Assembly (NCBI GenBank): GCA_945827635.1
Contig: CALZOG010000001.1
Coordinates: 2,567 to 66,566, forward strand
Length of the DNA stretch: 64,000 nucleotides
From: an uncultured Bacteroidales bacterium
GTDB taxonomy: Bacteria; Bacteroidota; Bacteroidia; Bacteroidales; Paludibacteraceae
Direction: 5' to 3'
In this document: one piece after another, positions 28,433 to 36,791 of the stretch
How the letters are laid out: each line of letters begins with the position of its first letter
Numbering within the stretch: position 1 is the stretch's first letter
Translations under genes and position numbers: made by a program
Notes under the pieces: generated by a model
The model's input: the letters and a program-made list of their open reading frames with translations, nothing else
What the model was told of the DNA's origin: nothing
Databases searched by the model: none

Positions 28433-28603
28433 ATTCTGTTTTTTCTGTACCGCTTGGTTTCTTGTAGTGTTCACTGTTTGTTTTCTGTATTATATTGCTA
28501 TTGTTTTGTTAATTTAGGACTTTTAGGTTGATTTGTGCGCTGCTCTTGACTTCCGGGATCTCCCCTCAAGTCCTATTATTTTATTATTTGTGTTTCGATC
28601 ATT

Positions 28604-28658
28604 TAGTAGGTGATTAGTAGGTGAATAATAGGTGATCAGTAGGTGATTAGTAGGTGAT
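28604..28658. repeat. 11-bp tandem repeat x5 (TAGTAGGTGAT consensus)
   Basis: TAGTAGGTGAT TAGTAGGTGAA TAATAGGTGAT CAGTAGGTGAT TAGTAGGTGAT, contiguous, in the 590-bp spacer upstream of dnaN. Confidence 0.85.
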
Positions 28659-28924
28659 AATCTCAACCTCATCGCTCTTATCGCCTATCCTCACAATACC
28701 GTCACTATTCGCCCGCCACGCCCGAGATGATTGGCAATATCCTTCGCGCACTGGCATTTGTCCCACTGGATGCGCAAATCTCATCGCCGAGCATAACAAG
28801 CAAATCTTACGCAAAAGTTTGCATCGAATGCTCTCAAATGCTCATTTTTGGCCCAAAATACAAGTATTTTGAGACGTGTTGACATTTTTATCCGCAAAAA
28901 TTTGCAAATTTGATATTTTTTTCG

Positions 28925-28932
28925 TAACTTTG
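28925..28932 (+). promoter_or_regulatory. -7 promoter box (TAACTTTG) for dnaN
   Basis: TAnnTTTG, 89 nt upstream of the dnaN ATG, preceded by AAATTTGCAAATTTG (-33-like TTTG). Confidence 0.5.
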
Positions 28933-29020
28933 TAGGCTTTTCTTAAGATATAAGAAAATGTACAGTGAATGGGAAAAGTAAATGGAGAAAGTGAAAACAA
29001 ATTAAATAAATTATACAAGT

Positions 29021-30148
29021 ATGAAATTTCAAGTATCGAGTACACGGCTGTTCAATCAGCTGCAAGCAGTCAGCCGTGTGATTGGCAGCAAGAACAGTCT
29101 TCCTATCCTGGATGATGTTTTGTTCAGCCTGGAGGGCGACCAGTTGTCGTTGACAGCTTCTGATGGCGAAACCACTATCCGTACTCGCCTCGAGGTTGAA
29201 AACGCTGAGGGCGCAGGCACCGTAGCTTTCGGAGCCAAGATCCTCATTGAGACCTTCAAGCAGTTCCCCGAAGTACCACTGCAGTTCAAGATCGACGAGC
29301 AGAACTTCGGCATGACAATCAGTTCGCCCAACGGTGAATACTCCGTTGTGGGCGTCAACGGCACCGAGTACCCGGAAATCCCCTTTGAGGCAGAGCAGGA
29401 CAGCCACGCCTTCAAAATGTCAAGCGATCTGCTGCTCGCGGCTATCTCTAAAACAATCTTCTGCACCGCCGAGGACGAACTCCGACCCGTGATGAACGGT
29501 ATCTTCTTCGACCTCACGCCCGAGAAGGCTACACTCGTCGCAACCGATGCTCACCGACTGGTGCGTTACACTAACACTTCCGTACACGTCGATGAGCCCG
29601 CAAGTTTCATCCTTCCCAAGAAACCTGCTACGCTCCTCAAGAACGTTCTGCTCAAGGGCGACGAGGAAGTCGATGTACGCTTCGGTGCACGCAACGTGCT
29701 GTTCACCTTCGGCAATACAGCTATCATCTGCCGACTGATTGAGGGACGCTACCCGAACTACAATGCCGTTATCCCGCAGAACAACACCAATATCATGACG
29801 ATCGACCGCCTCACGCTCCTCTCGGCTTGCAAACGTGTGGCTGTCTTCGCCAACACCAGCACTGCACTGATCCGCCTGGCACTCGCTGAGAATAGCGTGA
29901 CAATCTCATCCCAGGATATCGACTTCTCTACTGCAGCCGAGGAGAAACTCGTTTGTTCGTACGCCGGCACGCCGATGGCTATCGGATTCAAAGCACCGTT
30001 CTTGTGCGAGATCCTCGGTGCTATCGAGTCCGAGGAGGTACAACTCGAACTCGCCGATCCCGCACGAGCAGGACTGATCCTGCCTACCGAGAACGAGGAG
30101 AACGAGGAACTGCTCATGTTGCTCATGCCTATGTTGTTGAACGATTAA
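29021..30148 (+). CDS. dnaN: DNA polymerase III subunit beta (sliding clamp)
   Basis: 375 aa. Starts MKFQVSSTRLFNQLQAVSRVIGSKNSLPILDDVLF. Three-domain clamp length. Ends ...LLMPMLLND. Confidence 0.95.
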   Translation: MKFQVSSTRLFNQLQAVSRVIGSKNSLPILDDVLFSLEGDQLSLTASDGETTIRTRLEVENAEGAGTVAFGAKILIETFKQFPEVPLQFKIDEQNFGMTISSPNGEYSVVGVNGTEYPEIPFEAEQDSHAFKMSSDLLLAAISKTIFCTAEDELRPVMNGIFFDLTPEKATLVATDAHRLVRYTNTSVHVDEPASFILPKKPATLLKNVLLKGDEEVDVRFGARNVLFTFGNTAIICRLIEGRYPNYNAVIPQNNTNIMTIDRLTLLSACKRVAVFANTSTALIRLALAENSVTISSQDIDFSTAAEEKLVCSYAGTPMAIGFKAPFLCEILGAIESEEVQLELADPARAGLILPTENEENEELLMLLMPMLLND

Positions 30149-30157
30149 TCGTGTCGT

Positions 30158-30967
30158 ATGAAGATACAATTAACCCGCCCGCTTGTCTTCTTTGATCTGG
30201 AGACAACGGGCGTCAACATTGCCAAGGACAGAATAGTCGAACTCTCGTACTACAAGGTTTTTCCCAACGGCACCAAGGAGGGCAAAACATACCGCGTACG
30301 TCCTACTATAATTGACGCTATGGGACTCGAAACCACGATGCATATCCCCGAGCAGGCGTCTGCAGTGCACGGTATCTACGACGATGATGTCAAGGACTGC
30401 CCGACTTTCATTCAGATCGCACGGGAGGTGGCATCCGTGTTCGAGGGAGCAGATATAGCAGGCTACAACTCCAACCATTTCGATGTACCCTTGTTGGGCG
30501 AGGAGTTCCTGCGTGCCGGACTGGCGTTCGACATAGCCGACCGCAACATGATTGACGTCTTCACTATCTTCACCCGCAAGGAGCAGCGCACGCTCAGCGC
30601 AGCTTACGCCTTCTACTGCGGCAAAGATCTGACGGACGCGCACTCCGCTAACGCCGACACCATGGCTACTTACGAGGTGCTGCTGGCGCAGGCCGAACGC
30701 TACGAAGACCTCCCGCATACTGTCGAAGGGCTGGCCCAATACTCCGCTCCTTCACAACGTTTCGCTGACCTGGCGGGTAAACTGTCATACAACGCCAATG
30801 GCGAGGTGGTCTTTGCTTTCGGCAAGTACAAAGATGTCCCGGTCAGCGAAGTGCTCGTCAAGGATTCCGGATACTACGGATGGATCATGAACGGCGATTT
30901 CCCGCAAACAACAAAGAACGTAATCGCAAACATCAAACTCCAGCAACGACTGAAGAAGGGCAATTGA
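30158..30967 (+). CDS. 3'-5' exonuclease (DnaQ/epsilon-like, DEDDh)
   Basis: ExoI FFDLETTG, ExoII GYNSNHFDVPLL, ExoIII HSANADT. C-terminal extension as in Bacteroidetes exonuclease proteins. Confidence 0.85.
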   Translation: MKIQLTRPLVFFDLETTGVNIAKDRIVELSYYKVFPNGTKEGKTYRVRPTIIDAMGLETTMHIPEQASAVHGIYDDDVKDCPTFIQIAREVASVFEGADIAGYNSNHFDVPLLGEEFLRAGLAFDIADRNMIDVFTIFTRKEQRTLSAAYAFYCGKDLTDAHSANADTMATYEVLLAQAERYEDLPHTVEGLAQYSAPSQRFADLAGKLSYNANGEVVFAFGKYKDVPVSEVLVKDSGYYGWIMNGDFPQTTKNVIANIKLQQRLKKGN

Positions 30968-31001
30968 TTTCTCGTGATTTATCTTGATCTTTTTGCGTTT
31001 T

Positions 31002-31784
31002 ATGAATAACGAATTGCACATATTAGGCTGCGGCAGTGCTCTGCCTACGTTCCAGAACTCACCTGCATGTCAGGTGCTGGAGTTGTGTGACAAGTCGTTC
31101 ATGATTGATTGTGGTGAGGGTAGTCAGATATGGTTCCGCCGCATGGCGCTGAAGACCGCACGGCTGTATAACATCTTTATCTCCCATCTGCACGGCGACC
31201 ACTGCTTCGGACTGATCGGCCTGATCTCTACTTTCGCTATGATGGGGCGCACACAGCCGCTGCACATCTATTCACCGGCTGACCTCGAACGCTTGTTGCA
31301 ACCTTGGCTCGACTACCACTGCGAAGGAATGTCGTACGAGGTGATCTTCCATACTGTTAATCCCCGGAAGTGCGAGGTGATCTTCGAAGACCGCACAGTC
31401 AGCGTCACCACGATCCCGCTCAAGCACAAAGTGCCCACCTGCGGATTCCTGTTCACCGAGCATCACCGCGACAAGGAGCCTGTGAAGCGTTACGCCTATT
31501 GCTCTGACACCCGCTACACCGAAACAGTTATTCCTATCATCGATGGAGTACAGACCCTGTACCACGAGTCAACGTACATCCAGCAGTATGCCGACCGCTG
31601 CAAGAGTACTATGCACTCCACTGCCGCTGAGGCTGCGATGATTGCGATGAAGGCACATGTCGGACAACTTATCATCGGGCATTACTCGGCTCGCGTGGAC
31701 GATCATCAGGAGTTCCTCAAGGAGGCAAAAGCAGTCTTCGACAACACCGTTATGGCGCAGGAGTGCCACACATATGCGGTTTAG
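31002..31784 (+). CDS. MBL-fold metallo-hydrolase, ribonuclease Z-like
   Basis: Motifs ILGCGSALP, MIDCGEG and the HxHxDH motif ISHLHGDHCFG. Start trimmed to MNNELHILG at 31002. Shorter than canonical RNase Z, so the exact function is uncertain. Confidence 0.75.
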   Translation: MNNELHILGCGSALPTFQNSPACQVLELCDKSFMIDCGEGSQIWFRRMALKTARLYNIFISHLHGDHCFGLIGLISTFAMMGRTQPLHIYSPADLERLLQPWLDYHCEGMSYEVIFHTVNPRKCEVIFEDRTVSVTTIPLKHKVPTCGFLFTEHHRDKEPVKRYAYCSDTRYTETVIPIIDGVQTLYHESTYIQQYADRCKSTMHSTAAEAAMIAMKAHVGQLIIGHYSARVDDHQEFLKEAKAVFDNTVMAQECHTYAV

Positions 31785-31823
31785 ACTGCTACGCTGAATG
31801 AGCAAAGACCGTTTCTCTCAAAC

Positions 31824-33179
31824 ATGAAAGCAACAGTTACATACGTTTGTTCCAACTGCGGTGCCAAAGCCTCGCAGATGTTAGGTCGTTGCCCTGTCTG
31901 CGGCGAGTGGGGTACAATGGTTGAGGAGGTAGTGCAGAGCGGCGCACCGGCTAAAGGTGTACGCCAGCGCAGCGGCTCAACACTGCAGAAACTGCAGGAC
32001 GTGAGCGTACAGGAGGATCGCCGGATCGATATGCGTAGTATCGAACTCAACCGCGTTCTCGGCGGCGGTCTGGTGCCAGGCTCGCTCGTGCTCTTGGGCG
32101 GCGAACCGGGTATAGGCAAATCAACGCTCGCACTACAAGTCCTGATGCAGATGGGCTCGGCCGTAACACTCTACGCCAGCGGCGAGGAGTCGGTCAAGCA
32201 AATCAAACTGCGCTCCGAACGTATAGCCGGTAACCCCGAGAACCTCTACATCGTGGCAGAAACATCGCTGGAGAAAATTCTGGAGCACGCCAAGCAACTA
32301 AAACCCGATATCGTCGTTGTGGATTCGATCCAGACTATCGGCACGGAGGCAATAGAGGCTACCATCGGCTCGCTGTCCCAAGTGCGGGAGTGCGCCGCAC
32401 GTATCCTGCAGTTTGCCAAGGAGACCAACACGCCGTTTATCATTGTCGGGCACATAACCAAGGAAGGTTCGCTCGCCGGACCGAAAGTGCTGGAGCACAT
32501 TGTGGACACCGTTCTGCAGTTCGAGGGCGACCAGCATTACATGTACCGCGTGCTGCGTGCGCAAAAGAACCGCTTTGGCTCTACTTCGGAGATTGGTATA
32601 TTCGAGATGCAGCAGGACGGACTGCGCGAGGTAACGAACCCCTCGGAGTTGCTGCTCAGTGCGAACAGAGAAGGCCTCTCGGGTATCTCGATAGCCGTAG
32701 CCGTGGAAGGGATACGTCCCTTGCTCATCGAGGTGCAGGCGCTCACATCCTCTGCCGCATACGGCACGCCGCAACGCTCGTCCACAGGGTTTGACTCACG
32801 ACGGCTGAACATGTTGCTTGCCGTACTGGAGAAACGTATAGGTTTCAAACTCCTGACAAAAGATGTGTTCCTCAACATCGCCGGCGGACTGAAAGTCAAC
32901 GACCCGGCTATCGACCTGGCGGTGCTGGTGGCTGTATTGTCCTCCTCAATGGATATCTCCCTGCCCACTGATTGTTGCATGGCAGGCGAGGTCGGCTTGG
33001 CGGGCGAGATCCGTCCTGTCAACCGCATCGACCAGCGTATAGGCGAGGCACGCAAACTCGGATTCTCGCGTATCATGATCCCTGCTGGACAAAAACATCA
33101 GACTGTAAAAGGTATTCAAGTCGTAGAGGTCGCACGTGTTACTGACGCTGTACGGATGCTGTTCAAGCAAAACGGATAA
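31824..33179 (+). CDS. radA: DNA repair protein RadA/Sms
   Basis: N-terminal zinc finger CSNCGAKASQMLGRCPVCGEWG, Walker A GGEPGIGKST, the KNRFG motif, and a Lon-protease-like C-terminus. Confidence 0.95.
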   Translation: MKATVTYVCSNCGAKASQMLGRCPVCGEWGTMVEEVVQSGAPAKGVRQRSGSTLQKLQDVSVQEDRRIDMRSIELNRVLGGGLVPGSLVLLGGEPGIGKSTLALQVLMQMGSAVTLYASGEESVKQIKLRSERIAGNPENLYIVAETSLEKILEHAKQLKPDIVVVDSIQTIGTEAIEATIGSLSQVRECAARILQFAKETNTPFIIVGHITKEGSLAGPKVLEHIVDTVLQFEGDQHYMYRVLRAQKNRFGSTSEIGIFEMQQDGLREVTNPSELLLSANREGLSGISIAVAVEGIRPLLIEVQALTSSAAYGTPQRSSTGFDSRRLNMLLAVLEKRIGFKLLTKDVFLNIAGGLKVNDPAIDLAVLVAVLSSSMDISLPTDCCMAGEVGLAGEIRPVNRIDQRIGEARKLGFSRIMIPAGQKHQTVKGIQVVEVARVTDAVRMLFKQNG

Positions 33180-33210
33180 CTGACCTCTGATCTCTGACAT
33201 CTATTGAACA

Positions 33211-33948
33211 ATGAACATAATTAAGCATTTCGGAGAATATTGGGTATTGATGGCTCGCGTGTTCCGCTTGCCTGATCGCTCGAGGATGTTCTGGCAGCAA
33301 TATAGCCGCGAACTGGAGAAGCAGGGATTGCAGTCGCTCCCGATCGTGATTGTTATCTCCCTGTTCATCGGTGCTATCCTGACTATTCAGGCGAAGACGA
33401 ACACCGAGAATCCGTTTCTTCCCAAGTATATTGTAGGTCTGCTTACCCGCGAGACATTGCTGCTGGAGTTCTCCTCCACCATTCTTTGTCTTATTTTGGC
33501 AGGTAAGGTCGGTTCGAACATTGCCTCGGAGATTGGCTCCATGCGTATCACCGAACAGATTGATGCAATGGAGATCATGGGCGTGAACTCTGCCAACTAC
33601 CTTATACTGCCTAAGATCCTGGCGTTCATGACAATGATGCCTATGCTGGTTATCTTGTCAACTGCCATCGGCCTGGTCGGCGGATGGGCGGTAGGAGCGT
33701 TCACGGATATAATCACCGTGGCGGACTATTTGGTGGGTGTGCAGTACGCCTTCAATCCGTACTTTGTCTGGTACGGTATTATCAAGTCGCTCTTCTTTGC
33801 GTATGTTATAACCTCGCTGTCCGCGTACTACGGTTATATGGTCCGCGGAGGCGCGCTGGAGGTCGGCAAAGCCTCGACAAACGCCGTGGTGAACTCCAAC
33901 ATCATTATCCTCTTGTTAGACCTTGTCCTCTCAAGGTTACTATTGTAA
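33211..33948 (+). CDS. mlaE: MlaE family lipid ABC transporter permease
   Basis: 245 aa multi-TM protein with the EIGSMRITEQIDAMEIMGVN signature. Followed by the cognate ATPase. Confidence 0.85.
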   Translation: MNIIKHFGEYWVLMARVFRLPDRSRMFWQQYSRELEKQGLQSLPIVIVISLFIGAILTIQAKTNTENPFLPKYIVGLLTRETLLLEFSSTILCLILAGKVGSNIASEIGSMRITEQIDAMEIMGVNSANYLILPKILAFMTMMPMLVILSTAIGLVGGWAVGAFTDIITVADYLVGVQYAFNPYFVWYGIIKSLFFAYVITSLSAYYGYMVRGGALEVGKASTNAVVNSNIIILLLDLVLSRLLL

Positions 33949-33988
33949 ACCTACCTCACCAACCATTAATTGAAAGGTAAAGAGTAAA

Positions 33989-34750
33989 TTGATTCGTGCT
34001 ATAGACATAGTAAAGACGTTTGAGGACGGCATAACTGTCCTCAACCACGTGGATGCAACCTTCGAGGACGGCAAGGTAAACATGATCATCGGGCAGTCGG
34101 GTAGCGGCAAAACAGTCCTGCTCAAATCGCTCATCGGTATTCACACGATCACTTCCGGACGGATTGAGTACGACGGACGTAACCTGCCGGATATGAAGGA
34201 AAACGAGGTCCGGATGCTGCACCGCGAGGTAGGTGTACTGTTTCAGGGATCGGCGTTGTTCGACTCAATGACCGTTCTGGAGAACGTACTCTTCCCGCTG
34301 CGGATGTTCGGTAAGATGTCGCAAAGCGAAATGGAGGAACGGGCACGTTTCTGCCTCAAACGTGTGCAGATAGCCGAACATGCTCTGGAACTTATGCCGT
34401 CCGAGATCTCCGGAGGTATGCAGAAGCGCGTCGCTATCGCCCGTGCCATTGCACTCAACCCGAAATACCTGTTCTGCGACGAACCGAACTCGGGACTCGA
34501 TCCGCAAACCTCACTCGTGATCGACAAACTCATACAGGACATTACGCAGGAGTATAACATCTGCACCATTGTCAACACACATGACATGAACTCCATCATG
34601 GAGGTGGGCGACAACATTATCTTCCTCAAAGGCGGCAAGAAGGAGTGGGAAGGTTCGCGCAACGAGATCTTCCACGCTGACAACGAAGCACTCAACAATT
34701 TTGTCTTTGCCTCGCAGTTGTATCAAGAGATACGAAAGGTGCACAAGTAA
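33989..34750 (+). CDS. mlaF: ABC transporter ATP-binding protein (MlaF-like)
   Basis: Walker A GQSGSGKT, signature ISGGMQKRVAIARA, Walker B LFCDEPNSGLDP. TTG is the only start candidate after the in-frame TGA at 33971. Confidence 0.85.
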   Translation: MIRAIDIVKTFEDGITVLNHVDATFEDGKVNMIIGQSGSGKTVLLKSLIGIHTITSGRIEYDGRNLPDMKENEVRMLHREVGVLFQGSALFDSMTVLENVLFPLRMFGKMSQSEMEERARFCLKRVQIAEHALELMPSEISGGMQKRVAIARAIALNPKYLFCDEPNSGLDPQTSLVIDKLIQDITQEYNICTIVNTHDMNSIMEVGDNIIFLKGGKKEWEGSRNEIFHADNEALNNFVFASQLYQEIRKVHK

Positions 34751-34888
34751 CAAAAACGTTCCGTTCGATCGGGGGTTTATCGAGGGTATATCGATACTTT
34801 ATCGGGGTGATCCTAGACAATACTCGGGGTCTTGTCGGTAGTAAATCGAAGTTTGACACATACTAACAACAACAAACATTTCTGTAAG

Positions 34889-35260
34889 ATGAAAAAAATA
34901 GCGCTTATACTTTTTGCTTGTGTGGCGTTCACGCTCAACGTTTGCGCACAGCAGCCGGCGCGTGTGCCGGCACGTCCGGGAGTGATCGAACGTGTTCAGC
35001 CTAACGGCGACACATTGCACGTCTTCTTGCGCGGTGACGAACGCCACCACTTCATGATGACTGTCGATGGATGGCAAGTTATGGAGGATAAGAAGGGCAA
35101 GATCTGCTACTGCAAACTCAAGAAACGCAAAATCAAAGGCGAAGGCATGCGAGCTCTGCCTGCACGCACCTGCCGTACTGCTCATGACGCAACCAAACGC
35201 AGCAAAGGTGAGCTGCGTTGGCTGGAGAAACATGGCATACAGAAAATCAAAAAAGACTAA
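34889..35260 (+). CDS. small secreted protein homologous to the N-terminal region of M6-family metalloproteases (possibly a detached fragment)
   Basis: Signal peptide MKKIALILFACVAFTLNVCAQ. ...ARPGVIERVQPNGDTLHVFLRGDERHHFMMTVDGW parallels ...ARRDAITLTQPDGTQITAYLHGDAFFHYYTDAEG at the N-terminus of the intact paralog at 36792. Same reading frame as the next ORF, separated by one TAA. Confidence 0.5.
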   Translation: MKKIALILFACVAFTLNVCAQQPARVPARPGVIERVQPNGDTLHVFLRGDERHHFMMTVDGWQVMEDKKGKICYCKLKKRKIKGEGMRALPARTCRTAHDATKRSKGELRWLEKHGIQKIKKD

Positions 35261-35281
35261 CTCCCCAATTTCCCTTTTGTT

Positions 35282-36778
35282 ATGAAACGTATTCTGCCTG
35301 TATTGTTGTTGTGTTGCTCGGTGTCAGCAATGGCACTCGTTCCGCCGCGTGATCCTTCACGCCGCGCGGAGTGGCAGGAGCAATTAAGAAATCGTAGCGG
35401 TATAGCCAAAATGCCTGCTGCTGAGCAAGCGGTAGGGCAGCGTACGATGATTCCGCGTATATTGGTGATAATGGCTAACTTCACCGATTACGAACTGGTC
35501 TCTTCGGCTGCAGACGTTGACTCGATGTTCAATGCTGTCAATTGGACTAAAGACGGAGCAACAGGCAGTGTACGCCAATACTTCTACGATCAGTCGATGG
35601 GGCAGTATAACCCGCAGTTTGATATAGTAGGTCCTGTAACGCTGTCAAACGGTTATGCATATTACGGCGGAGGATGTAAGTCCACTACCCGAGCCGGATA
35701 TATGGTGACCGAGGCATGTGCGTTGGTGGATGAGCAGGTAGATTTTACCGAGTACGACTCGAACAACGACGGCAAGGTCGATCTGGTATATGTCTTTTTT
35801 GCAGGTTTCGGTGAGAACGATCCGCCTACCACTGACCTGATTCCTGTAGCATGCAACTTGCCTTGGCCGCATTATTGGAATGTAGTATCTGCCGGATATG
35901 GCAGCAATCCCCGCGAGTTTGACGGAAAGAAAATTTACAATTACGAGATTAGCAACGAGTTGGACGGCTATTACTCCACAACTACGAAGAAGGTAATCTC
36001 CGGTATAGGTGTGTTATGCCACGAGTTCGGGCACGCGCTGGGGCTGCCTGATACATATTCGACAGGATCGGGTGCGCACAACGAGAAACTCTTGGGGTCG
36101 TGGGATATAATGTGCTATGGGCCCTACAACAACGACATGCATACGCCGCCTTCATATACCGCTTACGAGCGGTTCTATATGGGCTGGCTGACACCCGAAC
36201 TAATAACCAAAGGCGATACGCTCACCCTGGAGAACGTAGCCCAAACCAACAAGGCGTATCTCATTTGCGAAACAGATACCCACAACCTGAACGGCTTGCA
36301 GCCCGATCCCGAAACATTCTACCTGCTGGAGAACAAACAGCGCACAGGCTGGGATATAGGTGTGCCGGGTAGCGGACTGATGCTTACGCGTATTCACTAC
36401 CGCTCATCGCTGTGGAGCGGCAACATGGTGAACAACGACCCTGCCGATCTGGGCATTGACCTGATTGAGGCGGACGGACTGACACCTGCATATAACATAA
36501 AAAATCCGGACAACGGATATGATGGCAAACCCGGAGATCTGTTTCCTGCCGGTGCTACCGAGTACACCGCTATTACCGACCACGCAATCACGGATATCAC
36601 GATGACCGATGGTATTATACGTTTTGTGTACCGTGGCGGCAAAAAAGTCGATCCCCCGACGGGCGTTTCTTCCGTTGTCGCAGAACAACCTGTCTACAAG
36701 ACGCTCACCAACGGACAACTGCTCATTCACAGCAATGGGCACATATACTCCGTGTATGGGGTGAAACAAGACAATTAA
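35282..36778 (+). CDS. M6 family (immune inhibitor A-like) metalloprotease
   Basis: Signal peptide, zinc motif CHEFGHALGLPDTY, and conserved ...VRQYFYDQSMGQYNPQFDIVGPV. Paralog of the next gene. Confidence 0.8.
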   Translation: MKRILPVLLLCCSVSAMALVPPRDPSRRAEWQEQLRNRSGIAKMPAAEQAVGQRTMIPRILVIMANFTDYELVSSAADVDSMFNAVNWTKDGATGSVRQYFYDQSMGQYNPQFDIVGPVTLSNGYAYYGGGCKSTTRAGYMVTEACALVDEQVDFTEYDSNNDGKVDLVYVFFAGFGENDPPTTDLIPVACNLPWPHYWNVVSAGYGSNPREFDGKKIYNYEISNELDGYYSTTTKKVISGIGVLCHEFGHALGLPDTYSTGSGAHNEKLLGSWDIMCYGPYNNDMHTPPSYTAYERFYMGWLTPELITKGDTLTLENVAQTNKAYLICETDTHNLNGLQPDPETFYLLENKQRTGWDIGVPGSGLMLTRIHYRSSLWSGNMVNNDPADLGIDLIEADGLTPAYNIKNPDNGYDGKPGDLFPAGATEYTAITDHAITDITMTDGIIRFVYRGGKKVDPPTGVSSVVAEQPVYKTLTNGQLLIHSNGHIYSVYGVKQDN

Positions 36779-36791
36779 TCTATCATAACCC

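Noticed and set aside
28604-28658. Possible CRISPR array. The same question applies to the 26846-26913 repeats.
   Set aside because: The units are contiguous with no spacers, are only 11 bp (or 22-23 bp) long, and number just 3-5 copies. There are no cas genes in the window.
28654-28872. 72-aa plus-strand ORF in the dnaN upstream spacer, plus shorter ORFs I read by eye on both strands at 28680-28880.
   Set aside because: It starts inside the 11-bp repeat array. It has no promoter box, signal peptide or recognisable motif. The GC-richer stretch might be a decayed gene remnant, but I cannot support a call.
28433-29020. Possible oriC next to dnaN.
   Set aside because: I found only one near-consensus DnaA box (28878-28886) and one 2-mismatch site (about 28684). 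There is no cluster of boxes, no obvious AT-rich 13-mer unwinding element, and dnaA is not adjacent. I cannot compute GC skew here.
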